The notes beneath the pieces were generated by a model. It made no database searches. It was not told the origin of the DNA and saw nothing but the letters and a program-made list of their open reading frames with translations. A program made the translations under genes and the position numbers. Positions 38,036-51,017 of a DNA stretch of 64,000 nt are shown one piece after another. How positions within the stretch are numbered: position 1 is the stretch's first letter; each line of letters opens with the position of its first letter. The DNA lies in assembly GCA_964016885.1 (NCBI GenBank), contig OZ024753.1, positions 17,174,001 through 17,238,000 of the forward strand, given 5' to 3'. The DNA comes from Eledone cirrhosa (lineage: Eukaryota).

Positions 38036-38710
38036 TAAGTTACCAAAGTTAGGTTGCACCACCCTTTTTTGTCTGCCAGGGACTGGTGAATGAATTGCAG
38101 ACCTGGACTGCCGAAGCAGGAGCTGCGCCAGCAGTGACAATTGTAGTTTCGCCTATGGATATCTCTGTGCAAAGAAGTGTTGAATTTTATTGTTTCACAG
38201 TACTTGCGCAACACGCGCGTAGACGATGCCAGCCGAACAACAGAGCTGCGATAGATTGTTCTGCATGGGTGTCTATTGTGTGTTTTCTAAATTTAAGACA
38301 GTAGGGAGGGCTGTGATATGCGGGAGAGTTAGCTGCTGTTTCTAGCAGGTTTAGTGACCTAATAGAGGATATGTTTTCTAAATTTAAGACAGTAGGGAGT
38401 GGTGCAAATCTTCAAGACCCCGACGGCAGAGCTCGAGCCGTTTCGACGGCTATTTCTGGACAGCTCTGCCGTCGGGGTCTTGAACTTTTGCCTATTACCC
38501 ACTCTACTACTCTAAGTATCGAGTACTCTGGTGCGTTATGGTCCACCTGGTTCCTTACCACACTTCCTTCGTTATATATATATATATTCGAATGTAAGGG
38601 TTATTTTAATATATCTCACACGGGAATGATTTTGGAAAAATGCAATTGGAATTTTTAAGAAAAATTATTTACAATAACTTATAACTTTACCGGTTTCACA
38701 AGTTTCAAAA

Positions 38711-38742
<32 letters not shown>

Positions 38743-39451
38743 GTGTGGCTATGTCGACATGTAAATTATATTATAACTATACCTGCAGATAATTCGTGAT
38801 AATTCTACATTACTGAACCCATTTTAGTAATTTAGTAATTACCTTCAATCTATTTAAACATACCTTAGATTATCCAGTTAAACAGCTATAGATCTCTTCC
38901 GTTTCTCAAAATGATATGTTTTACTGTTAACCTAACATTTTATTAAACATATCGGTTCTTTAACAGAGTTTACTTTGCGATATCAAGACATTAACAATAA
39001 TTTAGACATTAGGTCAGCCAATTTAGAAGAGCATAGTTGGTTAAATCAACCCCAATACATGACTGGTACTTTATTTCATCGACGCCAGTAGCAGGAAAGG
39101 CAAGAACAAATATCGTAATGGCGTTTCATTCACATGCTTAAAACGCCCAATACACAGGACAAAATCTTCAAATACTAAGTATTTTCAAAGCCTGAACGCT
39201 ACATGGGTTGTTGATGTTCTGTTTTGTCACCAGCCAAACTCTTTGCTATTGAATCTAATCAGGGGTCGCTCCACCACTCTCGTTAACTATGAATGTGTGT
39301 TAGACATAACTGGGAATATACACACAAATGTGTTACTGTGGGTACATAATTATGTCACACATAACTGCTTCATCATAAAACTATACCTAGCTTTTCGATC
39401 CTACACTAAAGGAAATTAATACACACACACACTCACATACACACACAAACA

Positions 39452-39538
<87 letters not shown>

Positions 39539-40376
39539 GTTTCCTTTAATATATGTATGTATATATGTGTGTGTACACACTTATAAACATACATTTATAT
39601 ACATATAAATACATGCATTTTTACACATACACTTACATACATACATATGTATATATATATATACATACATATATGATGTAAGAATATTTAATAGATAAAA
39701 AATAGATTAGAAAATACACGAAGAAGCAAAGAAAGAAAATTGATGAATTAAAAAAATACAATAAAAAAAAAAAAAAAAATATAAAACAAAACTAAGGGAA
39801 AAGGAAAATAAATAGAAATGGCGGGAAAAACAGCGAAAAATACAAAACAAATCTAATTGAGTGTTAGGAAGTGACGTATTTTTTCAGGTGTCAGCTTTTA
39901 TTTGCCGTTGACTTTTACCCCCACACCACCTCCTCCACCACCATTACCACTACCACCATCATCTCCACCTCCTCCTCCACCATCACCACCAACGTCTCCA
40001 CCACCACCATCATCACCAACACCACCTCCTCCACCAGAACCACCACCTCCATCACTACCCCCACACCACCTCCACCACCACCTCCTTCACTACCCCTCCC
40101 ACCACCTTCTTCACCCCCTCCCACCACCACTCTCACAAATCTGTATGCACATGTCATATTATATTATATTAACTTACATAAGTTTCGTCTTTGTAAAATG
40201 ATGACTTTTTTCTGTCATTAGATTTTACGGTTTGTCTTATTTTATTTTTGTCCCTTTTGTTGTTATCAACTAGGACAGAGTTAGGTGACAGAAATGTTAA
40301 AATAAGCCAACAAAACGTTTATTTTTTTTTTTATTTTATTTTATTTTTTTTTTTTTTTTTCGAAAATAGAAAATAT

Positions 40377-40600
40377 TCATTCGTTCTTAGGAATGACAAT
40401 AAAAAGTGTTTTGGACGGAAGTCCAGTTTCATTCGTTCTTAGGAATGACAATAAAAAGTATTCGACGTAAGTCCAGTTTCATTCGTTCTTAGGAATGACA
40501 ATAAAAAGTATTCGTCGTAAGTCCAATTTCGTTCAATTTCATTTGTTCTTAGGAATGACAATAAAAAGTGTATTGGACACAAGTCCAGTTTCATTCAATA
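40377..40600. repeat. 50-bp tandem repeat, about 4.5 copies
   Basis: Unit GTCCAGTTTCATTCGTTCTTAGGAATGACAATAAAAAGTATTCGACGTAA at 40421 and 40471, with diverged copies either side. Confidence 0.92.
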
Positions 40601-40734
40601 GCCGAAAGAGTATTGGACAAGTCCACCAAGAAAAGCAACATCGAGAGATGGAGAGAGGATGGTAGAAGAAAGAGGTGGGAACCTTCAGAACAAACAAATG
40701 ACAAAAAAGTCCTTTTAAGATGGGGGAAGAGGAC

Positions 40735-41585
40735 AGGTGAGTGGTAGTTGTTGGGGTTGGGTGGGGTGGCAGGTAAAGTAGTTGGATGGGTGGGGGCCGA
40801 GATGGAGAGTCCAGCTGTATCATTCCTCGTCTTACAGGTGGTTGAGGTGGAGGAATTGAGGGTGGGTGTGGGTGGAGTAGTGGGTGGGTATGCGTGGGGT
40901 GGCAGGTGAGTAGACTAGTGGGTGGGTTCCCCCGAGATGGAAGAGTCCAGCTGTGTATCATTCCTGGTGGAATTGAGAGTGTGGGTAGCACAGGGTGGCA
41001 GGTGAGTAGTGGGTGTGGGTGGTGGCTTCGGGTGGAGTAGTGGGTGGGTGGAGTAGCAGCCGAATTGTGGGTGGTGGCTTGGGGTGGAGAGTATGGGGGT
41101 GGGTGGTGGCTTGGGGTGGAAAATGAGTATGGGTGTGGTGGTGGCTTGGGGTGGGTGTGGATGGTGGCAGTTATGTGGTAGCAGCTGAATTGAGGGTGGT
41201 GGCTTGGGGTGGAAAGTGAGTAGTGGGTGTGGGTGGTGGAAGGCGAGTAGTGGGTGGGTGGGTATGGTAGCAGCTGAATTGTGGGTGGTGGTGGAGTGGA
41301 AAGTGGGTGTGGGTGGTGGAATGGAATGGCAAGTAGTGGGTGGTATGTGAGTAGTGGGTGGGATGGGGGTAGCAGGTGAGTAAGGGGTGAGTGAGATGGG
41401 GTAATAGGTGAGTAGTGGGTGAGGTGGGGAAAGTTGACAGGTGGGTGGGGTGGGGGCCATATAGGTGGCAGGGGAAGGGAGGGAGTGTTTGGGGGATGGG
41501 TGGAAAAGTGTCACGGTTGTGCGTGTGTGCGTGTTAAGGTCCTCCTGTTGGGAAAAGTAGTCAGATTGGGCTGGGGGGGGGGGGG
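40735..41585. repeat. G-rich (GGGT/GGTGG) low-complexity tract
   Basis: Extreme G skew on the + strand. Confidence 0.9.
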
Positions 41586-43790
41586 GTATCCTCTCCGAGT
41601 GAACAATCTATCCCTGCCTTGAGCCCGGCACTCAAGATCATGGGTTCAACTGAACAGACGGTACAGAAAGGGACATTAGGAAGGGGTATCCTCTCCGAGT
41701 GAACAATCTATCCCTGCCTTGAGCCTGAGACTCAAGATCATGGGTTCAACTGAACAGACGGTAGAGAAAGGGACATTGGGAAGGGGTATCCTCTCCGAGT
41801 GAACAATCTATCCCTGCCTTGAGCCTGGGACTCAAGATCATGGGTTCAACTGAACAGACGGTAGAGAAAGGGACAGTAGGAGGGGTATCCTCTGCGAGTG
41901 AACAATCTATCCCTGCCTTGAGCCTGGGGCTCAAGATCATGGGTTCAACTGAACAGACGGTAGAGAAAGGACAGTAGGAGGGGGTATCCTCTGCGAGTGA
42001 ACAATCTATCCCTGCCTTGAGCCTGGGGCTCAAGATCATGGGTTCAACTGAACAGACGGTAGAGAAAGGGACAGTAGGAGGGGTATCCTCTGCGAGTGAA
42101 CAATCTATCCCTGCCTTGAGCCTGGGGCTCAAGATCATGGGTTCAACTGAACAGACGGTAGAGAAAGGACAGTAGGAGGGGGTATCCTCTGCGAGTGAAC
42201 AATCTATCCCTGCCTTGAGCCTGGGGCTCAAGATCATGGGTTCAACTGAACAGACGGTAGAGAAAGGGACAGTAGGAGGGGTATCCTCTGCGAGTGAACA
42301 ATCTATCCCTGCCTTGAGCCTGGGGCTCAAGATCATGGGTTCAACTGAACAGACGGTAGAGAAAGGGACAATAGGAGGGGGTATCCTCTCCGAGTGAACA
42401 ATCTATCCCTGCCTTGAGCCTGGGGCTCAAGATCATGGGTTCAACTGAACAGACGGTAGAGAAAGGGACAATAGGAGGGGGTATCCTCTCCGAGTGAACA
42501 ATCTATCCCTGCCTTGAGCCTGGGGCTCAAGATCATGGGTTCAACTGAACAGATGGTAGAGAAAGGGACAGTAGGAGGGGGAGTGGGTGGTATTAGTGCG
42601 GTAGGAGGGTTTCCTCTCCGAGTGAACAATCTATCCCTGCCTTGAGCCTGGGGCTGAAGATCATGGGTTCAACTGAACAGACGGTAGAGAAAGGGACAAT
42701 AGGAGGGGCTATCCTCTCCGAGTGAACAATCTATCCCTGCCTTGAGCCTGGGGCTCAAGATCATGGGTTCAACTGAACAGACGGTAGAGAAAGGGACAAT
42801 AGGAGGGGGTATCCTCTCCGAGTGAACAATCTATTCCTGCCTTGAGCCTGGGGCTCAAGATCATGGGTTCAACTGAACAGACGGTAGAGAAAGGGACAAT
42901 AGGAAGGGGTATCCTCTCCGAGTGAACAATCTATCCCTGCCTTGAGCCTGGGGCTCAAGATCATGGGTTCAACTGAACAGACGGTAGAGAAAGGGACAAT
43001 AGGAGGGGGTATCCTCTCCGAGTGAACAATCTATCCCTGCCTTGAGCCTGGGGCTCAAGATCATGGGTTCAACTGAACAGACGGTAGAGAAAGGGACAAT
43101 AGGAGGGGGTATCCTCTCCGAGTGAACACTCTATCCCTGCCTTGAGCCTGGGGCTCAAGATCATGGGTTCAACTGAACAGACGGTAGAGAAAGGGACAGT
43201 AGGAGGGGTATCCTCTCCGAGTGAACAATCTATCCCTGCCTTGAGCCTGGGGCTCAAGATCATGGGTTCAACTGAACAGACGGTAGAGAAAGGGACAGTA
43301 TGAGGTGGGTATTAGTGCAGTGGGAGGGTATCCTCTCCGAGTGAACAATCTATCCCTGCCTTGAGCCTGGGGCTCAAGATCATGGGTTCAACTGAACAGA
43401 TGGTAGAGAAAGGGATAGTAGGGGGGGGGGGTATCCTCTCCGAGTGAACAATCTAACCCTGCCTTGAGCCTGGGGCTCAAGATCATGGGTTCAACTGAAC
43501 AGACGGTAGAGAAAGGGACAGTAGTAGGGGGGGGGGGGTATCCTCTCCGAGTGAACAATCTATCCCTGCCTTGAGCCTGGGGCTCAAGATCATGGGTTCA
43601 ACTGAAAAGACGGTAGAGAAAGGGACAGTAGGAGGGGGGGGTATCCTCTCCGAGTGAACAATCTATCCCTGCCTTGAGCCTGGGGCTCAAGATCATGGGT
43701 TCAACTGAACAGATGGTAGAGAAAGGGACAGTAGGAGGGGGAGTGGGTGGTATTACTGCGGTGGGAGGGTATCCTCTCCGAGTGAACAGT
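41583..43790. repeat. ~99-100 bp tandem repeat, 21 full copies plus a partial one
   Basis: Unit GGGGTATCCTCTCCGAGTGAACAATCTATCCCTGCCTTGAGCCTGGGGCTCAAGATCATGGGTTCAACTGAACAGACGGTAGAGAAAGGGACA(A/G)TAGGAG. Three units carry a 20-30 bp insert. Confidence 0.97.
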
Positions 43791-43922
43791 CTACTGCACA
43801 GTGAACAGTCAGACGGCAGAGAAATGGAGAGAGTGTTTGGTATCTGGGGTGGGATGGAGTGAAGTCAGGGTTGGTGTAAGAGTTAGTGGCTTTGAAGGAG
43901 GAGGGGGTCATGAGAGAAAAGA

Positions 43923-44033
43923 GTTGAGCTGCTACCAGGTTGAGAAAGGGGTTGAGCTGCTACCAGGTTGAGAAAGGGGTTGAGCTGCTACCAGGTTGAG
44001 AAAGGGGTTGAGCTGCTACCAGGTTGAGAAAGG
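43923..44033. repeat. 28-bp tandem repeat x4
   Basis: GTTGAGCTGCTACCAGGTTGAGAAAGGG. Confidence 0.95.
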
Positions 44034-44880
44034 AGTTACGCTGCTCCTGGGTCAGAAAGGTGTTGCTAATACAGTCGCTAACGGTTGTATAGCTTCGGGA
44101 TTGGGCAAAGATTTGGATCACAACATAACAATCAAATAGGTTGTCGTTGTTGCGGCCCAACCTTGTGCCCATGGCCATCCCGGAAAATCACCCAACAAAA
44201 AAATAGTTGAGGGTGAGGACCATCTCGGCAAAGCAAATGAGGGTGAAGGTAGTGGGTGGGATATTAAACAAAAATATCTTGCTTGTCCTCGAGTTCCTTT
44301 CTCTGTTCTCCAATCTGTCTCTCTCCTTCTGAGGTTGATCTAGCTGATGTCAGGCCTGGGGACTGTTTAAGGTTTACAGAATTTGTTTGTAGTATTCCCT
44401 TCAAATTCGTTTAGTTCAAATGAGGCCAACTTGTATCCTTTTGGGATGATAAACACATCTGTCCAATACAGGAGTCGCTTTTTCATCTATTTTTTCTCCT
44501 TCGGTCTCTCCTTTTCCAGGGTTAAATGAGTTATTGTCAATACCTGGAGAGGTTTGTGAGGGCATCAGAACTTGTTTGTAGTGTTCCCTTCAAATTCATT
44601 TAGTTCAAATTCCGCCAAGGTCGACCCCTGTCCTCCATTTATCTTCAACAAAAGCGCTGGCCTCATTTCAACATCTTTATAGATGCGATTTTTATGAAAA
44701 AATTAACTAAAACATTTGCAAAAGCAATTAAAACAGATTACATACTGAACTTAGACCCCATTTCACCACTCCGGCACTTCATGTGAGAAACATTGATGTA
44801 ATGCAGCTTCAGTCGGCACAGATCTTTAAAACATGAAGCTGTTGGTGCGGCATTACATCAGAGTTACACGGGTGTGTAAC

Positions 44881-45168
44881 TCAATTCCTCTTCTTCGGAA
44901 CTCTCACCTTAGTAGCCCGTGTGGTGAAACGAGTAAAGAACTGTTGGAACCTCTCTCTCCTTTTCACCACGGCTATACGTACACGTTCCAAAAAACTGGG
45001 TGTCCGAGCTACCCAAACGTCATAAGACTCATATTCTTTACTCTGTCCGACTGTAATAGCTTCTTCAAGCTCTATCTCTTCAAGTCCTATCTCTTCAAGC
45101 TCTATCTCTGCAATATCGACGTCGACGGATGTCATCAAATAATTAATGTTGAAATTTAGCGATGCCAT
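44881..45168 (-). CDS. Putative 95-aa orphan protein or first coding exon (acidic N-half, basic amphipathic C-half)
   Basis: Longest non-repetitive ORF near the TATA/Inr, in AAATATGG context. Possible donor AAG|GTGAGA at ~44908. No recognisable homology. Confidence 0.4.
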   Translation of the reverse strand: MASLNFNINYLMTSVDVDIAEIELEEIGLEEIELEEAITVGQSKEYESYDVWVARTPSFLERVRIAVVKRRERFQQFFTRFTTRATKVRVPKKRN

Positions 45169-45221
45169 ATTTTAAAGATGACTACTTAGCTGTAGTAATC
45201 CTGAGGCGGTATGAGAAAACA

Positions 45222-45420
45222 AACTTCCACTGAGCTGTAGTTATAAAATAGCTTCCACTGAGCTGTAGTTATAAAATAACTTCCACTGAGCTGTAGTTAT
45301 GAAATAGCTTCCACTGAGCTGTAGTTATAAAATAACTTCCACTGAGCTGTAGTTATAAAATAGCTTCCACTGAGCTGTAGTTATAAAACAACTTTCACTT
45401 AGCTGTAGTTATAAAACAAC
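45222..45420. repeat. 28-bp tandem repeat x7
   Basis: TTCCACTGAGCTGTAGTTATAAAATA(G/A)C with period 28. Confidence 0.95.
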
Positions 45421-45682
45421 TTTCAGAGCTATTCTAAAATAACAGCCCAGAGGGTTGCTATAAAGCAACTTACTCCGAGCTGTTATCAATAATCTTCCAC
45501 TGCGTTGTTAACAGATTGAAAGATGGATTTTTCCTGAGAATCAGAAAAAAAAACTTTTTCCTGAGAATCAGAAAAAAAAACTTTCACTACGATGTTAAAC
45601 GAGGAATTTCTCTCAGCTTTAAAGAAATATTTTCCTAGAGAGCTTTCGATCGAAACACTTCCACAGTTGGTGAAGCACTGTG

Positions 45683-45753
45683 AAATGACACTCTGTACAG
45701 GTAGATATTTATATGCTTCAACTCATGGCAATATGATGTCATAAATGATGTCA
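45683..45753 (-). promoter_or_regulatory. Putative Pol II core promoter
   Basis: Minus strand has TGACATCA twice (45734-45753, CRE/ATF-like), TATAAATA (45706-45713) and Inr-like TCATTT (45683-45688) about 27 nt downstream of the TATA. Confidence 0.5.
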
Positions 45754-45805
45754 TAAGCTAGGAATTCAAAACTAGCATATGTGTGTCTATATGTATGTTT
45801 GTATG

Positions 45806-45848
<43 letters not shown>

Positions 45849-45884
45849 TAGTTTTGAATTTTTAGCTCATGACATCATATATAC

Positions 45885-45892
45885 AATACATA

Positions 45893-45962
<70 letters not shown>

Positions 45963-46405
45963 CATATATATATATATACTTATATATAATACACACACAC
46001 ATTTATATATATATATATACATATACACATATACATATATATATTTATATATATACAAATATATATATATATATATATACATATATATGTATATATATAT
46101 ATGTATGTGTATATATGTATATATGTATATATATATATATGTATATGTATATATGTATATATATATGTATATGTATATATATATGTATATGTATATATGT
46201 ATATATATATATATATGTATATGTATATATATATATGTATATGTATATATGTATGTATATATATATATGTATATGTATATATGTATGTATATGTATATAT
46301 GTATGTATATGTATATATGTATATGTATATATATATGTATATATATATGTATATATATATGTATATATATATGTATATATATGTATATATATATGTATAT
46401 AAATG

Positions 46406-46436
<31 letters not shown>

Positions 46437-46539
46437 GTATATATATGTATATATATATGTATATATATATATATGTATATATATATATGTATATATATAT
46501 ATGTATATATATATATGTATATGTATATATGTATATGTA

Positions 46540-46588
<49 letters not shown>
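45885..46588. repeat. (TA)n/(TATATG)n microsatellite
   Basis: Visible directly. Confidence 0.97.
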
Positions 46589-46592
<4 letters not shown>

Positions 46593-46701
46593 CAAATTTG
46601 CAGCCTTCTGCCAACACTAAAAATCAATTTCTAGATTAAGCCCTTGGGTTCTGATTTCAAATTTCGCTCTGTGTGGCTTTTCAGCTTTTATCTGTCTAGA
46701 T

Positions 46702-46944
46702 CAGGCATGGGCAACTTTTGTCTGGAAGCGGGCCGCATGAGATATGCCTCATAATTAGGCCGGCCGCAAGCGCTAATTTACATCCGTGCCCACATTAAAA
46801 AGAAGGGCGGTAACTCAGGTTGTTTTGATTTGTTTCTTCAGAATTCGTACACGTTTTCCTCGATCGTAAAAATGAAAGATTTCATTTAGGTGACTTATGC
46901 GAGCCATTGAGAAAGCTTCGCGGGCCGCAGATTGCCCACGACTG
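46702..46944. mobile_element. hAT-type MITE
   Basis: Imperfect TIRs CAGGCATGGGCAA / TTGCCCACGACTG, subterminal GCGGGCCGCA, and an 8-bp TSD GTCTAGAT at 46694-46701 and 46945-46952. Confidence 0.88.
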
Positions 46945-47909
46945 GTCTAGATCGATAAAACTAGTACAACACAAGACTACTAAAGGTCTAAATTAATTGA
47001 CTAAGTGTTAAGTTCGACCTTCTGCCAGTAAGTCTCACTTTTTACGTCAGTGAAAGACCATCCAGTGTTTGGATCAACACAGACAACACCAGTTCTTTCC
47101 ATCTTTGCCTTCTTGGTCATAAACATACGAAAGTGAGATTGTGTTGTAAATAACGGAAATACTATCAATTGATTGAAATTGTTCCGCTCACCATAATCAG
47201 AAGGCGAAGCTCTACATGATATATAGACTTCACGCAGAAAACTCTAGTCAGGCATTGGCGACTCTACTTAAGCATTTGTATTGAGTACTTTATCTTCACG
47301 CATTTTTTTAAATACTGAGAGATTTGGCAGAATAGAGCGTGAAATAAATAAAAAAAGTGTGTGTAGGGGAACCCAAATAAAACAAAACAAAAGAGAAAAT
47401 CTTATATACAAACGTAAGCCTTGAGTATTAAAAGAAATACTGGACCATTTTACTGCTGTTTCAAATGTAAGCCTTCTGTGAGGCGGAAGTTGGTGTAATT
47501 TTCAGAGAAACAGACGATTAAAGAAATACTAGAGTTTACATACCTGTATTTACAACACTTGTCCATTGTACACCACCAACCCTATACACAGATCGAAACC
47601 AAAAGTCTGTTTTAAGTTTGCTTACAACCCAACTTGGATATTTAGTCTGGCCTACACATCATAAGAGACTTTACGGTTTACTCACGTTTTCCACTTCTAA
47701 AATAGACGCCTTGTCCTCTCTTTATCACTATTGTTCATTCATTTTATATATGTATGTAGTGTGTATAATTGTATGGAGTGTGTGTATATGTATGGACTGT
47801 GTATATATGTTTATATGTATGTATGAATGTATGTATGAATGTATGTATGTATGTATGTATGTATGTATGTATGTATGTATGTATGTATGTATGTCCATTC
47901 GTACATACA

Positions 47910-47957
<48 letters not shown>

Positions 47958-48062
47958 AATAAATGTATTTACACATGCCTGTCTATCTGTCTCTCACTCT
48001 GTGTGAGCGCGTGTGTGAACATCTTTCAATAGACATGTACAGATATATGTATCGATATATAA

Positions 48063-48126
<64 letters not shown>

Positions 48127-48288
48127 TTGTATGTATGGTCACAAATGTGTATTTTACTGGCTGTGGAGAAGTTGGCAATTAAGTACTAAAGTTCTAACAT
48201 CGAACAGGCAGCTGTTTAGATGCTTACTTTTGAAGATTTTTAGTGGCGCCACAGAAACCACCGTATAACTTCTATATATACACAGTCC

Positions 48289-48346
<58 letters not shown>

Positions 48347-48378
48347 ATGTATGTACGTACACAGTCCATATATACCTA

Positions 48379-48412
<34 letters not shown>

Positions 48413-48436
48413 CATATGTGTACACAGTCCATATAT

Positions 48437-48557
<121 letters not shown>

Positions 48558-48721
48558 TATATGTGTGTGTGTGTGTATGGTGGCTGGGGTATGTGTGTGC
48601 TTATGTATATATATATATTTAAACACGTATGTATATCTGACCGTTTATTCAAGTTCGGCTGTTTATATAACATTCCCTTCTTTCATATATCTTTAAATCT
48701 TCCTTGTTTTTCTCTTTTGCG

Positions 48722-48756
<35 letters not shown>

Positions 48757-48794
48757 CTGTATACATATATATATATACACACACACACACATGC

Positions 48795-48826
<32 letters not shown>

Positions 48827-49373
48827 ACACATACATGTTGGTAAGAAGTTAGTGGAATAATAGTTAACGCCGTTGTCCGTTATACAACAGATACCTGGTT
48901 CGATTCACGTAGTTACACCTGTTTATATTCCTCCCTAATATTTCGCCTTTGTAAATGTCTAGTTGAAGTTTAGAGTACAACATTGATGTGTTTCTGTCAT
49001 TGGACAAGTGTCACCATAGACTCGGGACGACCACGACCTGCGAATGAAATTGAATGGACAGAAGTTCATTTAAAACCGGATGGAATTTACTTGTAGTTCA
49101 AATAGCTTTGTTATGGACTGTCACACAGAATACCACCAAGTGTTACGTTAAATGTACACGTGACTGTGGAGTTCTCAGCCACTTACACGATCATAGGAAG
49201 TCTGTTCCGTTGAACAAACAACTACAACACTCATTTTCAAAACAATCCATTCTTATGCAAAAAAAAACAAAAACACACATACTTACACACATATGCACAC
49301 ATACACACCTTAATACAAGTGATGAAGATCTACCACCTCATCCTTTTTATTATTATTACACACACACACAGAG

Positions 49374-49406
<33 letters not shown>

Positions 49407-49409
<3 letters not shown>

Positions 49410-50288
49410 GGTGCGGAGGATATTTGTTCGCGAGATTACTGTCTAGGAAAAGATAACACAGTTTTATTTTTTAAGATTTATTTATCAAACTTGTGTCAGT
49501 TTGTCTTCATGACTTGTTCTTTCGATCTTACTCGATAAATCCGCTTTGATGACGGCCTCAAGGTGGCCTCGAAACCGGCTACAGGCCTTCGTCACTGTCC
49601 CCCGACTTCAGCCCCTAAAGGCACTTGTGATCCTGGCCTTCAGATCGTCTTTCGTATTGCAGCTAGATCTGTTCGTGTCTCGTTCCACTGCGCCCCACAC
49701 AAAGAAGTCGAGGGGATTGCAGTCAGGCGAGCTGGGAGGCCAGATGTCAGGTGAAGTGTGGTCGACGAAGTTCTCTGACAGCCACGCTTGGGTCTTTCGG
49801 CTGGTATGGCAGGGCGCTGAGTCTTGCTGCCACACGTACGGCCTACCTGCAGCTACCTGGTCGATCCAGGGCTTTACTACCTCGCTCAGAACGCGGATAT
49901 AGCCATCGGTGTTCAGCTTGAGGTCCTCAGGGAAGAAGTGAGGTGGCATGACGTCACCTTGATTGCTGACGACACCTAAGACCAATGTTGTCGCTGGAAA
50001 CTTTATCTGCATGACTCTGGGCACGTCTTTGGATGAGACAGCGAACCACGTGTTGTTCTGGGAGTTGATATTCTGGTCTTATTTGTCCTCCCGGCGCGGA
50101 TTCCAAGAAGAACTCCGTGTCTCTTCCACAAATTTGGAGGTTCAAAATTATTCATAATCAATTATTCTGAAAATAAATAATGGAAATATAGTCACTGTTT
50201 TTATGAAGACAAGAGTGACAACGGAAGCAAAACAAATTTGCATAAAATTAGCAGTTGAAAATTGCGAACAAATATCGTCCGCACCCTG
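49407..50288 (-). mobile_element. Internally deleted Tc1/mariner DD37D (maT) transposon
   Basis: TIRs CAGGGTGCGGA(G/C)GATATTTGTTCGC with TA flanks. ORF 49608-50024 reads WQQDSAPCH...WPPSSPDCNPLDFFVWG, with 37 residues between the last two catalytic Asp. Confidence 0.93.
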
Positions 50289-50410
50289 TATATATATATA
50301 TATATATATTTATTTAAAATAATATTTGCTCTAAGGTTCTTATATATTTTATATATATTTATCCTCTTTGGATTTTAGTCTTCACATTTATTAATATCAC
50401 TATTTATATA

Positions 50411-50954
50411 CATGCCAGGTCACTCTTCAGCTCTACTGCTAACATGTAACCCGGTACAAGCTGTGCATGGTCGGGTCATTCGTGACTAAACCGGCAACCC
50501 CACCAAGCTAGCTTGGCGAGGAGTCTCATTTTGGACACCCAGCAGGATGTAAAACAAACCTGTCAAAGAGCGGAGGAACTCGAGAGAATCAAGGCCCATC
50601 CAATAAAGTTGTTTTTTGTGTGTTGAGTGAGAGACTCCAAGTCTTCATTAAGACATCTCTCTAGGAGAAGGTCACTCTGATATAAAACCTGCGACTTTGT
50701 AGCCAATGATGTAGACCAGTTCTTCTTTTTGGGTGAATGCATTCGATGTTCAGAGAGTGGGATTGGCTCCATGGAAAGCCTTTCCTCACATAAAAAAGCT
50801 TCATGCATAGACATAACTTGATATGTGATATTTCTTGTGATATATGTTATTGCTGGCTATAAGCAATTTCCTAGCACGAATAGGAAACCATATCCGTGAT
50901 GCTCATGCTTAAGTATCAAGCCATGGTATTACTCGAAATCGAGTTGCAGGCATC

Positions 50955-51017
<63 letters not shown>

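Noticed and set aside
40539-41514. Pro/Thr/His-rich ORFs as a mucin- or extensin-like gene
   Set aside because: Explained by C-rich low complexity, and the frames are discontinuous. Kept only as part of the island hypothesis.
41848-41875. Hammerhead in the 100-bp unit (CTGAACA...GAAA)
   Set aside because: G8 is missing, and neither stem II nor stems I/III can form.
41583-43790. CRISPR-like array
   Set aside because: Units are contiguous near-identical ~100-mers without unique spacers, there are no cas genes, and the context is eukaryotic.
47020-47700. Possible host exons (GTATGT/GTAAGT donor-like sites in unique sequence)
   Set aside because: Short frames with no recognisable homology; splice-like motifs alone are insufficient.
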